Source: Elusimicrobiaceae bacterium
Lineage (GTDB): Bacteria > Elusimicrobiota > Elusimicrobia > Elusimicrobiales > Elusimicrobiaceae
Assembly: GCA_031549165.1 (NCBI GenBank)
Contig: JAVBQE010000031.1
Coordinates: 1 to 52,175 of the forward strand
Direction: 5' to 3'
DNA: 52,175 bases
The notes under the pieces are model-generated. The model was not told where the DNA came from and did no database searches. It saw only the letters and a program-made list of their open reading frames with translations. The translations under genes were made by a program, and so were the position numbers. Of this stretch, positions 25,545 to 35,415 are shown one piece after another. The number at the start of each line of letters is the position of its first letter. Position 1 is the first letter of the stretch.

Positions 25545-26930
25545 TTACTTAACCTGCACTTCCACGCGCCTATTAATCTTCCTTCCAGCCTCGGTGGCGT
25601 TATCCGCCGCAGGGCTTTTCGCGCCCATAGAATAAATCTTCACTCTGCTTCCGTCTACGCCTTTAGACACAAGCTGCCCGGCAACAGCCGTCGCTCTAGA
25701 CTTAGAAAGCGTGAGGGGGTTTGCCTCTTTATTATCGGTATACCCATAAACAGCAACTTCATTATACCCGACATTCTTAAGCTCCGCAGCCTTCTGCGTT
25801 AAATAAGTTCTGGCATTAGGCCCCAGCTCGGCAATGCCAGTGTTAAAATATAGGCTGCCGACATGTACTTCTTCCGTAATCTCTATAACAGGCGCAGCCA
25901 CAACCTCCGGCGTTACATACGCGGGCGGTTGCTGGGTGGAAACTGTTCTCACAGGCTGCGCGGAGCGCTCATAAGTATTATAGCGGCTGTCATCATCACT
26001 CGTGGCAGCGGCGGCGCCAAAGTTAAAGCGCAGCGTGGCTAAACCGGTGTGGCTCTTAAAATCTTTTCTAAAATCGCCCTCATAGGAGAAAATTAAATCT
26101 ACATTTTTACCGAACGAGAACATTAAGGAAGCATAAGGCGCAAAAGCATTTCTCTCACGCGCGGGGCCGTCCATCACAAACACGGAGCCGTTGGGCATGG
26201 CTAAAAACACAGCGTCCTCAACAAGTTTAAAATCACGCGTAAAAGCACCGCCGATTTCCGGGCGGAAAATAACGCTCTCTCCGTAAAAGTCCGCGCCTAA
26301 TTTAAGACCCGCAATACCTGTGTATGTGCTGACATTTGCTTTATCGTAGAGGACAATACCGTTCCAGGTGGTTTCATCCTTTTTAGCGTAGAGATATCTA
26401 ACGCCTGCCTGAGGCACTAAAAAGAAATTGCCCACTCTTATATCAAAGCCTGTTAAACCTTGCCCGCGGAAAATGTTTACGTCCCATTTTTCACCGGGGT
26501 CATTTGGGATATACTGTTCGGTATATTTATAACTGCTCATCGTGTAAGAACCTTCTAAATCAAGGAACCACACGCCGGGCTTTATGCTCATATAAAGGAG
26601 GAAGGTGTTAGCGTTAGCTTTGGTTTTGTCTGCAAAATAGTCCTTAGAGTCAGCCACTGTGTAGGCATAACCCGCACCTATTCTGAAGGCAGCGCCGGGC
26701 CTGCCTTCTATGCCCACCGCTCCGCCGTAGATATCCGCATCAAATATATCTGTATATTTGGTTTTATTATACATACCTTGCAGCCAAAAGCCGCCTGTGG
26801 TACGCTCGTTATTTAAAAAGCGCCGGGGGTAATGTTCCTGCACGGGCAGGGAGAAGTTGGCAGTCTCCTGCGCAAACATGGGAAGGCTTAAAAAAAGTGC
26901 AGCTGCGGCAAAGGCAAGTTTTCTCATCAT
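25545..26930 (-). CDS. Outer membrane protein: autotransporter-type beta-barrel fused to an OmpA-like peptidoglycan-binding domain
   Basis: Signal peptide; GGFWLQG...GLATLRFNF barrel; P/T/V linker; YFNTG, GYTDN, LSKSRATAV, NRRVEV. Confidence 0.85.
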   Translation of the reverse strand: MMRKLAFAAAALFLSLPMFAQETANFSLPVQEHYPRRFLNNERTTGGFWLQGMYNKTKYTDIFDADIYGGAVGIEGRPGAAFRIGAGYAYTVADSKDYFADKTKANANTFLLYMSIKPGVWFLDLEGSYTMSSYKYTEQYIPNDPGEKWDVNIFRGQGLTGFDIRVGNFFLVPQAGVRYLYAKKDETTWNGIVLYDKANVSTYTGIAGLKLGADFYGESVIFRPEIGGAFTRDFKLVEDAVFLAMPNGSVFVMDGPARERNAFAPYASLMFSFGKNVDLIFSYEGDFRKDFKSHTGLATLRFNFGAAAATSDDDSRYNTYERSAQPVRTVSTQQPPAYVTPEVVAAPVIEITEEVHVGSLYFNTGIAELGPNARTYLTQKAAELKNVGYNEVAVYGYTDNKEANPLTLSKSRATAVAGQLVSKGVDGSRVKIYSMGAKSPAADNATEAGRKINRRVEVQVK

Positions 26931-26984
26931 TTCACCTCTTAGGTTTAGAGTATGGGGCGGCTCTATCTGGATTATAACAGATTT

Positions 26985-27464
26985 TTATTTAAATTTACAC
27001 CAGTCTATTTTTTGTTTCGTTTTACCGTGGTACTCCACGGCAAGTTTATTTTTTAAAAGTTCTTGCGCCAGACTTACGCTATTAACCTCAACGTCGCATA
27101 ACAAGCGGAAATATTTGTCTTTGGTACAGTTTAAAAGCTGTATTTCTCCACCGTGCAAAAAGTTTTCGCTAAACTTCTGCGCTTTCTTAGCGGCGGCTTT
27201 TTCGCAAATATCTTCGGTCTTCATTTCCGCGCAGTCAATAGCGTTAACGCGCACTTTGGCATTTTTACACATAGTGTCGCTCTCGCACGGCAGATTGACG
27301 GTAAAAGTGTCCCCGTCATAAACGGAAACAAGCTGGACAGAATTAAAATTCTCGCCTTCGGAGCCCATGTGGTTTTTAGCAATATAAGCCCCCGCCAAAG
27401 CAATGAGTATGCCCACAATAGCATTAATATTTTTCTGCGAAAGCCCTTTTCTTCGTTTAGCCAT
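26985..27464 (-). CDS. Thermonuclease (SNase-like), membrane-anchored
   Basis: N-terminal TM, VYDGDT, VRVNAIDCAE, DKYFRLL. Confidence 0.92.
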   Translation of the reverse strand: MAKRRKGLSQKNINAIVGILIALAGAYIAKNHMGSEGENFNSVQLVSVYDGDTFTVNLPCESDTMCKNAKVRVNAIDCAEMKTEDICEKAAAKKAQKFSENFLHGGEIQLLNCTKDKYFRLLCDVEVNSVSLAQELLKNKLAVEYHGKTKQKIDWCKFK

Positions 27465-28877
27465 TTATTTATTCCAGGCGTCTTTTAAATTATTTTTGTG
27501 CGTCCAGCCAAAGGTTTCTTCTGTAATTATTCTATACCACACACCGTCTTGGGCCACCGCCCAGACGTAGACATTATCTGCTACTTCTGCTTTTATTTCG
27601 CCGTTAGGCGTTTGTCTTATATTTGCAGGGCCGTCTATTTGGTAAAGTTTGGGGCGGATGTCGTATTTCTTTATATAGTCCGTGCAGGAAATTAAGTCCG
27701 TCCCATTTTTAATTTTGGCAGCGTCTGCGCTGACGCTCTCGCTGCTTTTCATAAGAAAATCAATTTGCACATAACCGCTTAGTCCATAATCTTTTAAATA
27801 AAGGTCCGACACTTTAACATATAAAGGTTCTTCTATTTGCAACCTGCGGCCATAGCGCACTCCTTTCTCGGGAAAATAAATTGACGTGTGCTCAGACCAT
27901 GTTTTATTATTAAGGTCCAGCTCTGCATAAACCTCGCTAATACTTATTTTACAAAGGGGTGTTTTGCCTTCATCCTTATAAAGAACTGCATTTTCTCCAA
28001 TGCCTACCCTGAATTCATTTTTACTCAGCGTTCTGTAGGTATCATCTACCCGCAAATTTTCCCTGTTGAAATAAAAGGTTAGATTCTCTTGCGGGGTGAA
28101 ATTTTCTTTATGAGCAGTGTAATAGCCTCCGATAGATTTGCCGACGGCAGTATCCATTATATACTGCGGATGCTCTACAAGCAGATCAAACTGAGCTATA
28201 GGCCCTTGCCAGTTATTAGCGGTGGTTAAGATATAAGCAACTGTTCTGCCGCCGATGGAACTGTATGACATAGACGGCGCATAAGTGTGTTTAATATATA
28301 AATTTTTATTTTTAAAAAATTTCTGGTCCCAGTAAAAAGATATCCCCATGCTGCAAGCGGAAAGAGAAGGGTAGCCCATCTCATCATGCAAGCCGTACTC
28401 TGGCTTAATTTGTTTTTGCAAATCTTCGGGAAGAGAAGAGACTACCTTCATAAATTCTTCTTCGGTTGGGAGCTGAGTATAGCTTTTGTAGAGGTGTTTA
28501 AATTTATCCGTAAGGTCTTGTCCGACAAGTGTGATAGTGAAGGCGGTTTTATAGGGCACGCTTTTGCCGGAGGCAAAAAGTTTAAAGTTAAAGTCATGCC
28601 CTTTTTCCTCATCCTCTGTCAAAAAACACGGCATCGCGGGCACGGGGAAGAGCACTGTAGTTTCTATATCTTTATTAGTAGTATTTTTAAAAATATAATT
28701 AACTTCTATTTCTCCATTTCTTATCAAAAGGGCTTCCTTAAGCATGGAGATGCCGTCTTGCTTTAAAAACTTAACCCCGCCCGTCTCGGAGACTATGCCT
28801 GCGGTGTCGTTAGCAAAACATAAAACTGAAACTAACAGAAGAAAAGCAAGCGTTAAATTTTTTTTCATATCAACCAT
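27465..28877 (-). CDS. Secreted DUF4424-like protein with C-terminal SH3-like domain
   Basis: Signal peptide then AND...GG, ISMLKE.L, YILTTANNWQGPI..F.L; C-terminal ANIRQTPN...WYRI...GW. Confidence 0.75.
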   Translation of the reverse strand: MVDMKKNLTLAFLLLVSVLCFANDTAGIVSETGGVKFLKQDGISMLKEALLIRNGEIEVNYIFKNTTNKDIETTVLFPVPAMPCFLTEDEEKGHDFNFKLFASGKSVPYKTAFTITLVGQDLTDKFKHLYKSYTQLPTEEEFMKVVSSLPEDLQKQIKPEYGLHDEMGYPSLSACSMGISFYWDQKFFKNKNLYIKHTYAPSMSYSSIGGRTVAYILTTANNWQGPIAQFDLLVEHPQYIMDTAVGKSIGGYYTAHKENFTPQENLTFYFNRENLRVDDTYRTLSKNEFRVGIGENAVLYKDEGKTPLCKISISEVYAELDLNNKTWSEHTSIYFPEKGVRYGRRLQIEEPLYVKVSDLYLKDYGLSGYVQIDFLMKSSESVSADAAKIKNGTDLISCTDYIKKYDIRPKLYQIDGPANIRQTPNGEIKAEVADNVYVWAVAQDGVWYRIITEETFGWTHKNNLKDAWNK

Positions 28878-30120
28878 TTATTCTTTTTATCTTTGCGCCG
28901 AGGGCAGTTAACTTGCCTTCAAAGTTTTCGTAGCCGCGGTCTATGTGGTATATGCGCTCTACTGTGCTTTGCCCTTCGCCGGCCAGCGCGGCCAGCACAA
29001 GCGCGGCTCCGCCGCGCAGATCAGACGACATTACATTAGCGCCGGAAAGTTGTTTGACGCCGTACACGCGCGCAATGCTTTTTTCTATACGTATATCCGC
29101 GCCCATGCGCGTCAGCTCCGCCGCGTGCATGAAGCGGTTTTCAAAAATATCTTCTTCCACGGTGGAAGGGCCGTCCGCTACACACAAAAGCGCCATGTAT
29201 GGGGCTTGTAAATCCGTCGCAAAACCGGGGTAAGGAAGTGTTTTTATGCTTACTGGTTTAAGCTGGTTAACGCAACATACGCGCACGCTGTTACCGTTTA
29301 CTTCCACAGTGGCGCCGGATTCTTTTAATGTTTCAATTAAAAATTCGTTATGCTCCGGCACGCAGTTTTCTACCGTAACGTCACCTTTGGTAAGCGCGGC
29401 GGCTATCATGTAGGTGCCTGCCTCAATGCGGTCCGCCACTACGGTGTGGTCCACCCCGCCGAGCGTGGGTTTACCTTTGATAATTATTTTATCTTTCTTT
29501 TCTGTAATATCTGCGCCCATGTCGTTAAGCATGTCTATGATATCGTAAATCTCGGGCTCTTTGGCATAATTTTCAAGCGTGGTATCGCCCTCTACAAGAG
29601 CGGCCGCCATAAGTAAATTCTGCGTCGCGCCTACGCTGGGGAAGCGGAAAACTATTTTTGCGCCTTTTAATTTATCGGCGGTGATGACGATGTCGCCCTT
29701 TTCCGTGTGGTGCGCCGCGCCTAATTTTTCAAACCCTTTTAAATGTATATCCACCGGGCGCACGCCGATGGCGCAGCCGCCGGGGAGAGGAATTTGTGCT
29801 TTTTTAAGGCGGGCAAGTATCGGCCCTGCAACCCAGAAGGAGGCGCGCATTTGTTTAACCAAATCGTAAGGAACAGAAGTTTTTAACTCACCCACCGTAG
29901 TAATGGTGGCAATGCCATTTTTATATTCAACATTTTTACCAAGGTGTTCCAAAATTTTAAATGTGGTGCGGATGTCTCTTAAGTCCGGCACACGGCGAAG
30001 AATACATTTTTCGTCTGTAAGAAGCGTGGCTAAAAGCTGCGGCAGCGCAGCGTTTTTCCCACCGGAAATTTTTACCCTGCCTTTAAGGCTTACGGGGCCG
30101 TCTATAATAAATTTGTCCAT
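28870..30120 (-). CDS. murA: UDP-N-acetylglucosamine 1-carboxyvinyltransferase
   Basis: SGGKNAALP, MRAS, LPGGCAIGVRPVDIH, SVGAT, DLRGGA, HIDRGYE; start set at MDKF. Confidence 0.98.
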   Translation of the reverse strand: MDKFIIDGPVSLKGRVKISGGKNAALPQLLATLLTDEKCILRRVPDLRDIRTTFKILEHLGKNVEYKNGIATITTVGELKTSVPYDLVKQMRASFWVAGPILARLKKAQIPLPGGCAIGVRPVDIHLKGFEKLGAAHHTEKGDIVITADKLKGAKIVFRFPSVGATQNLLMAAALVEGDTTLENYAKEPEIYDIIDMLNDMGADITEKKDKIIIKGKPTLGGVDHTVVADRIEAGTYMIAAALTKGDVTVENCVPEHNEFLIETLKESGATVEVNGNSVRVCCVNQLKPVSIKTLPYPGFATDLQAPYMALLCVADGPSTVEEDIFENRFMHAAELTRMGADIRIEKSIARVYGVKQLSGANVMSSDLRGGAALVLAALAGEGQSTVERIYHIDRGYENFEGKLTALGAKIKRING

Positions 30121-30121
30121 T

Positions 30122-30955
30122 TTATTTCCTCGTTGCAAATAGAAATCTGTTTACATTAAATATATCTTTTTTTATCTCGGTTGTCTGCCAAATGTCGGGG
30201 CTTAATAATTTTAAAATTTTGTATTCTGCGCCTATCACAAACTCCATGGCCAAAAGTCCGCCGGGGTTTAGATATTCCGGCGCAGCTTTTAAAATTCTTT
30301 TTATTATTTTAAGACCGTCTTTTCCGCCGTCAAGTGCTAAATGCGGCTCTGCCAAAACTTCCTTGCTTAAGGCCGCCAGGTCGCCGGTGGGAATGTAGGG
30401 CGGGTTGGTAACTATTATGTCAAACACGCCTTCTACTTTTTTAAAAATATCGCTTTTAATAAAATTAATATTTTTAATAGACATATTCTGCGCGTTTTTG
30501 CGCGCTGTATTAAGCGCCTCCTCCGAAATATCCACCGCAGTAACCTGCGCCGAAGGGAAACGTAATGCAAGAGAGCACGCTATGCAGCCCGAGCCCGTGC
30601 ACATATCTAAAATTTTAGACGGCATTTTTTTGGCGCGGCGGATGACCTCGTGCGTCATTTCTTCCGTCTCCGGGCGTGGAATAAGCACAGAAGGGCCAAC
30701 CTCAAAAATACGGCCCATAAACTGCTGCTCCTTGGTTATATATTGCAGCGGAAGGCCTTTTAGTTTTTGTGAGACAAAGGTTTCAAACACCTTCTCCTGC
30801 TGACTTGTAGCTTCCTCATTAGGAAACGCCAGAACGCGCGTGCGCGAGACGTTTAGCACGAAGCATAATAATGCTTCGGCTGTGGCGCGTCCCTCTTCAA
30901 TGCCGGCCGCCTCAAAGCGCTCTGCGGCAGCGGATATTAAGTCTTGCAGTTTCAT
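30122..30955 (-). CDS. prmC: Release factor glutamine methyltransferase
   Basis: PLQYI, VLIPRPETE, LDMCTGSG, NPPYI; follows prfA. Confidence 0.97.
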   Translation of the reverse strand: MKLQDLISAAAERFEAAGIEEGRATAEALLCFVLNVSRTRVLAFPNEEATSQQEKVFETFVSQKLKGLPLQYITKEQQFMGRIFEVGPSVLIPRPETEEMTHEVIRRAKKMPSKILDMCTGSGCIACSLALRFPSAQVTAVDISEEALNTARKNAQNMSIKNINFIKSDIFKKVEGVFDIIVTNPPYIPTGDLAALSKEVLAEPHLALDGGKDGLKIIKRILKAAPEYLNPGGLLAMEFVIGAEYKILKLLSPDIWQTTEIKKDIFNVNRFLFATRK

Positions 30956-30969
30956 TGTTATTTTCCAGA

Positions 30970-31037
30970 TGTCATCCTGAGCACAGCGAAGGATCTTTTA
31001 GTGCAAGGCAGGATTCTTCGCTGTGCTCAGAATGACA
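30970..31037. repeat. Palindromic element, GTCATCCTGAG subfamily, between prfA and prmC
   Basis: TGTCATCCTGAGCACAGCGAAGGATC...GATTCTTCGCTGTGCTCAGAATGACA. Confidence 0.9.
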
Positions 31038-31044
31038 GAGTATT

Positions 31045-32103
31045 TTAAAGGTTTAGGTTTTTAATTTTTTCTTCTACGCGCAGCTTGCGTAAATCTTCTA
31101 AAATTACGTCTATAATACCTTCCATAATTTCGGTAATATTATGGTAGTTTTTGTCTGTGCGGTGATCCGTCACGCGGCTCTGCGGGAAATTGTACGTGCG
31201 TATCTTCTCGCTCCTGTCTCCCGTGCCTACCTGGCTTTTACGCGTGTCGTAAATTTCTTTGTTGCGCTTTTCTTCTTCCATCTGGTAAAGTTTGGCGCGT
31301 AACATGGCCATGGCTTTTTCTCTGTTTGCGCCTTGGCTTCTTTCCTCGCGGCAGGAGACCACTACGCCGCTGGGTTTGTGGATTATGCGTACCGCAGTTT
31401 CTACTTTGTTAACGTTCTGCCCGCCGGCGCCGCCGCTTCGGCACGTCTCAAGCTCAAGGTCTGCGGGGTTAATTTGTATGTCAATATCTTCCGCTTCGGG
31501 CATTATGGCAACTGTGACAGTGGAGGTGTGCACACGGCCGGAAGTTTCTGTGTCGGGCACGCGCTGCACGCGGTGGGTGCCGGCTTCGTCCTTAAGCCAG
31601 GAATATGCACCGTCGCCTTTTATAAACATGCTGGCGTATTTACACCCTTTAAGGCCGGTGGGGGTGTATTCCAAAATTTCTGTTTTCCAACCCTTTGTGT
31701 CGGCAAAACGCTGGTAAACGCGCATAAGCTCGGCCGCGAAAATGGCGCTTTCATCCCCTCCCGCGCCGGGGCGGATTTCCAGGTAAATGTTTTTAGAGTC
31801 ATTCGGGTCCGGTGGAATTACGAGGACGCGAAGCTCCTGCTCCAAACCAGGCAGTTTAGCGTTAAGCGTTTCTAATTCTTCGGCGGCCATTTGGGACATT
31901 TCTTTATCTGAACCGTCTGCAATAATTTCCTTAGCGTCTTTGATGCCTTTCTGTGCGGCTTCAATTTCTTCCCCCTTTTGCACGATGGGGCGCAGGAAAG
32001 CGTGGCGCTTACTTTTGTCCCTAAGCGTGCGGCTGTCTAAATTACCTGTTGCAAGTTCGCTCTCAAGAGTGTTAAATTCTTCTCTGTATTTTGAAATGTC
32101 CAT
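31045..32103 (-). CDS. prfA: Peptide chain release factor 1
   Basis: HRVQRVPDT (PxT motif), [18 protein letters not shown]. Confidence 0.98.
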   Translation of the reverse strand: MDISKYREEFNTLESELATGNLDSRTLRDKSKRHAFLRPIVQKGEEIEAAQKGIKDAKEIIADGSDKEMSQMAAEELETLNAKLPGLEQELRVLVIPPDPNDSKNIYLEIRPGAGGDESAIFAAELMRVYQRFADTKGWKTEILEYTPTGLKGCKYASMFIKGDGAYSWLKDEAGTHRVQRVPDTETSGRVHTSTVTVAIMPEAEDIDIQINPADLELETCRSGGAGGQNVNKVETAVRIIHKPSGVVVSCREERSQGANREKAMAMLRAKLYQMEEEKRNKEIYDTRKSQVGTGDRSEKIRTYNFPQSRVTDHRTDKNYHNITEIMEGIIDVILEDLRKLRVEEKIKNLNL

Positions 32104-32118
32104 TTGGTTTTACCTCAT

Positions 32119-32166
32119 AAAAAAACGAAGGCGCTACCCGCGCTTAAGCGGGTAACGCCTTCGTTA
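32119..32166 (-). terminator. Intrinsic terminator after rpmE
   Basis: AAAAAAACGAAGGCG-C-TACCCGC...GCGGGTA-A-CGCCTTCGTT. Confidence 0.75.
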
Positions 32167-32172
32167 AAGTCG

Positions 32173-32529
32173 CTACTTAGATTTTTTTTCTACTGCTTTT
32201 TCGTCTTTTTTAGCTTTTTTGGCCGGCTTTTTAACTTCTTCAATTATCACCTGTTTAATTTTAACGGGCTTTTTAATTTTGGCCTGAGCCTTAACTTCTG
32301 TTTTGGCCTTTCTGGTAACAAGCTTGCCTTCCGTGGCGGCAAATTTTTTGTTAAATTTATCCACTCTGCCTTCGGTGTCAAGCATCTTCTGTTTGCCGGT
32401 GAAGAAAGGGTGGCATTCGGAGCAGATGTCCAGCTTTAAAGTTTTGGCGGTGGAGCGCGTCTGAAACTTAGCGCCGCACGCGCAGATAACGTCTACTAAT
32501 TGATACTTCGGGTGTATTTTCTCTTTCAT
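32173..32529 (-). CDS. rpmE: 50S ribosomal protein L31 (Zn-binding type) with a Lys-rich C-terminal tail
   Basis: [29 protein letters not shown]; RBS GAGG. Confidence 0.97.
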   Translation of the reverse strand: MKEKIHPKYQLVDVICACGAKFQTRSTAKTLKLDICSECHPFFTGKQKMLDTEGRVDKFNKKFAATEGKLVTRKAKTEVKAQAKIKKPVKIKQVIIEEVKKPAKKAKKDEKAVEKKSK

Positions 32530-32616
32530 TTTTCTTCCTCTAGTTAAAAACTGTTGTAATAATTGTATCAAATTATAAACCGCCATACAAATTTTATATT
32601 TTGCTATTATATAAAC

Positions 32617-33804
32617 ATGGCTAAAAAAATATCTTTTTCACATTCTAAAATGGGGCTTTATAAGGAGTGCCCGCAGAAGTATAAGTTCCGCTATGTCTGG
32701 AAATTACCGGAGGAGCCTAAATACTACTTTGCCTTCGGAACTGCTATGCATAAAGTGATGGAGTTTATCTACGGCGTGGCAAAGCCGCCGTTTCCCACAT
32801 TAGACGCCTCCTTAAAATTCTTTGAAAAAGACTGGAACTCCACTTCCTTTAAAGACAAAGGCTACGCCACCGCCTCCAAGGAAGCAGAAGGTTTTATTGA
32901 AGGCAAAAGCATTATTAATGAGTATTATAAAAAGAACGAAGCTGCCTTTTTTATACCGCTTTCTACCGAGATGAAAGCTACGCTGGACGCAGACGATATT
33001 TCCTTAATAAGCATTATAGACCGCGTGGACTACTTGGGCGGCGGGCATGTTAACATATTAGACTACAAAACTGGTAAAAATGTGGACCGCGAACCGGACC
33101 AGCTTTACCTCTACCAAAAGGTGGTGGAAAACTCCCCCCTCATCAAACAAATAGTACAAACTAAAGACCCAAAGACCAAAGAAGTTATCGTAGATAAAAT
33201 GAGCTTTTATCACCTACCCAGCCAGAGCGAAGTGACCTTTGAGCGCGCGCCGGACAGCGTGATAGGGGATCTCTGGAGCGAAGTGCTGCGCATTGTAGAC
33301 CATATCCGCGCAGAAAAGTTTGACCCAACCCCCGAAGAGAGCAAATGCCGCTGGTGCGACTTTAAGGACCGCTGCCCCGTTTTTACCGGAGTAGAATTTA
33401 CTGGTATTAAAACTGCTAAACCTATAATGACAGAGCCTGTGTTCGGCGCGGCGGACGCGCTGGCCGAGAAGATAGACAGCTACGGCATAAAAGTGGCCGA
33501 GCTTAAAAATTTAAGAAAAGAAATTTTGGACGAGATGAAACTAAAAGGCTTCAACCAGCATTTTGGCAAACATTATAAAGCGGAGTTTAAAGAAACTGAC
33601 GCGCTGGATTTTGAAGATAAAGAAGCCGTTATCAATTTATTAAGAGAGCGTGACCTGCTTAAAAAAACGCTTGTGCCCACAATGAGCACCATAAGCAATT
33701 TATTAGCCGACCCAAACGTTAAAGAAGAAGATAAAACAGCGCTTCGCGCCATGGCTAAAGTAAAAAAAGAAGCGGAACTCAGCTTTAAAAAAACGGAAGA
33801 GTAG
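32617..33804 (+). CDS. PD-(D/E)XK nuclease, RecB/AddB/Cas4-like, with a 4-Cys Fe-S motif
   Basis: SHS...CPQKY, FGTAMH, TE...[26 protein letters not shown]. Confidence 0.9.
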   Translation: MAKKISFSHSKMGLYKECPQKYKFRYVWKLPEEPKYYFAFGTAMHKVMEFIYGVAKPPFPTLDASLKFFEKDWNSTSFKDKGYATASKEAEGFIEGKSIINEYYKKNEAAFFIPLSTEMKATLDADDISLISIIDRVDYLGGGHVNILDYKTGKNVDREPDQLYLYQKVVENSPLIKQIVQTKDPKTKEVIVDKMSFYHLPSQSEVTFERAPDSVIGDLWSEVLRIVDHIRAEKFDPTPEESKCRWCDFKDRCPVFTGVEFTGIKTAKPIMTEPVFGAADALAEKIDSYGIKVAELKNLRKEILDEMKLKGFNQHFGKHYKAEFKETDALDFEDKEAVINLLRERDLLKKTLVPTMSTISNLLADPNVKEEDKTALRAMAKVKKEAELSFKKTEE

Positions 33805-33809
33805 TATAT

Positions 33810-33879
33810 TGTCATCCTGAGTGTTAGCGAAGGATCTTCAGACGCACGACAAGATTCTTCGCTAACGCTCAGAATGACA
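33810..33879. repeat. Palindromic element, GTCATCCTGAG subfamily
   Basis: TGTCATCCTGAGTGTTAGCGAAGGATCT...AGATTCTTCGCTAACGCTCAGAATGACA. Confidence 0.9.
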
Positions 33880-33890
33880 TTCGTGAGATT

Positions 33891-35321
33891 ATGGACAAAA
33901 AATATTTTATAGTTCTTGACCAAGGAAGCTCCAGTTCCAGAGCGCTACTGGTAGACAACTCCGGCAATATTTTAGTGCAGGAGGCGCATGCGTTTTCCGC
34001 GCGCATGACGGGCCCCGGCATGGCCGAGTACGACGGCAAAGAACTTCTTGAAAGCCAGATGGCCGCGTTTAACGAGCTGCTTAAAAACATACCTAAAGAT
34101 ATTAAACCCACGTCCATAGCAGTAACATCCCAGCGCTCCACAATAGTTTTTTGGGACGCGGACACCGGCGACGTGCTGGCCCCCGTGCTCTCCTGGCAGG
34201 ACGTGCGCGCCAAAGAAGAGAGCGACGCCGTTACCATCCCCCAGGAAGAAATACATTCTATTACCGGCCTTTACAAAACGCCTGCTTTTTCCGCGCCTAA
34301 AATAGCCTGGGTGTTAAAAAAATACCCGGAGCTTAAAAAGAAAAATCTGTGCATAGCGCCCGTAGCGTCCTATATAATATGGTTTTTAACGAACAGAAAT
34401 ATTTTTGCGGTGGACCCTACACTTGCGCAGCGCACGTTGCTGTTTAATATCAAAACGCATGAGTGGGACGAAAAGCTTTTGCAGGCCTTCGGCGTGCAGC
34501 GTGCTATGCTGCCGGAAATAAAACCCACTCTCTCCCACTACGGCCATTACCAAGGGCTGCCTATCACCGTGTGCGTTGGGGACCAGCAGGCGGCCACTGC
34601 AGGCATAGGCGCCATGCGTAAAAAGGACGCGGCGCTTAACTACGGCACAGGTGCGTTTTTACTTGTAAATATCGGCGAGGAGTTTAGGGATATCCCCGGT
34701 ATTTTAACATCCTGCGCGGCCAGCATCAGCGGCAGCAAAAGTTATATTTTAGAAGGCCCGGTTAATGCGGCGGGCTCAATATTTAAGTGGCTTAATATGC
34801 TGGGGTTGTCTTTTGAACTTAATGATTTGGACGCACTTGTAAACAAGTCACACACCGAGGATTTGTTTTTCCTGCCCGCATTCGGCGGGCTGGGCGCGCC
34901 GTATTGGACAGCGGAAATAGCCACCACCATCACAGGCCTTACGCCGTCTACAAAGAAGGAAGACATTTTAGCTGCGTCGGTCAAAAGCGTGGGCTATTTA
35001 ATAGCGGATATTTATTTTTATCTTAAGAAAAACGGCGTAAAAATAGACAATATCAAAGCCTCCGGCGGCATGGCCAAAAGTGAGTGCGTGCTAAAATTCC
35101 AGGCGGACATTTTGCAGCAAACAATAACGCAGGCGCTCCACCCCGAGGCCACGGCCTTAGGCGCGGCGTACCTAGCCGCCGAAGCCGCCTTTGCAGACAC
35201 CCATTCCTGGGATAAAACCCAAAGCATAAAAGTATTTGACCCAAATATTTCCCCCGAAGAAGCACAGAAGAAATATCTAAAGTGGCGCAAATTCTTTGAC
35301 TGGAATAAAACCTTAAAATGA
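33891..35321 (+). CDS. glpK: FGGY-family kinase, probably glycerol kinase
   Basis: LDQGSSSSRA, SQRST, WQD.R, FSAPK, GDQQAA, YGTGAF, PAFGGLGAPYW, EATALGAA; near plsY/gpsA. Confidence 0.8.
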   Translation: MDKKYFIVLDQGSSSSRALLVDNSGNILVQEAHAFSARMTGPGMAEYDGKELLESQMAAFNELLKNIPKDIKPTSIAVTSQRSTIVFWDADTGDVLAPVLSWQDVRAKEESDAVTIPQEEIHSITGLYKTPAFSAPKIAWVLKKYPELKKKNLCIAPVASYIIWFLTNRNIFAVDPTLAQRTLLFNIKTHEWDEKLLQAFGVQRAMLPEIKPTLSHYGHYQGLPITVCVGDQQAATAGIGAMRKKDAALNYGTGAFLLVNIGEEFRDIPGILTSCAASISGSKSYILEGPVNAAGSIFKWLNMLGLSFELNDLDALVNKSHTEDLFFLPAFGGLGAPYWTAEIATTITGLTPSTKKEDILAASVKSVGYLIADIYFYLKKNGVKIDNIKASGGMAKSECVLKFQADILQQTITQALHPEATALGAAYLAAEAAFADTHSWDKTQSIKVFDPNISPEEAQKKYLKWRKFFDWNKTLK

Positions 35322-35381
35322 CCAAAAGGCCTATGCAAAACATAGGCCTTTTATCTGTTATTCTTTAGGTCTTAAGGCCCT
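35318..35381 (+). promoter_or_regulatory. Pair of 16-bp quasi-palindromic boxes upstream of the poly-C gene; the first also forms a terminator-like hairpin
   Basis: ATGACCAAAAGGCCTA (35318-35333), TAGGTCTTAAGGCCCT (35366-35381); hairpin AAAAGGCCTATG-n5-CATAGGCCTTTT. Confidence 0.6.
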
Positions 35382-35415
35382 GGTTTTGCATTGCAAGTTC
35401 TAATAATATAAGAGT

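Noticed and set aside
18815-33923. ORFs containing VILSVSEES or CHSERSEES (18815..19042, 20264..20476, 33573..33923)
   Set aside because: These are spurious frames through GTCAT elements that overlap real genes on the opposite strand.
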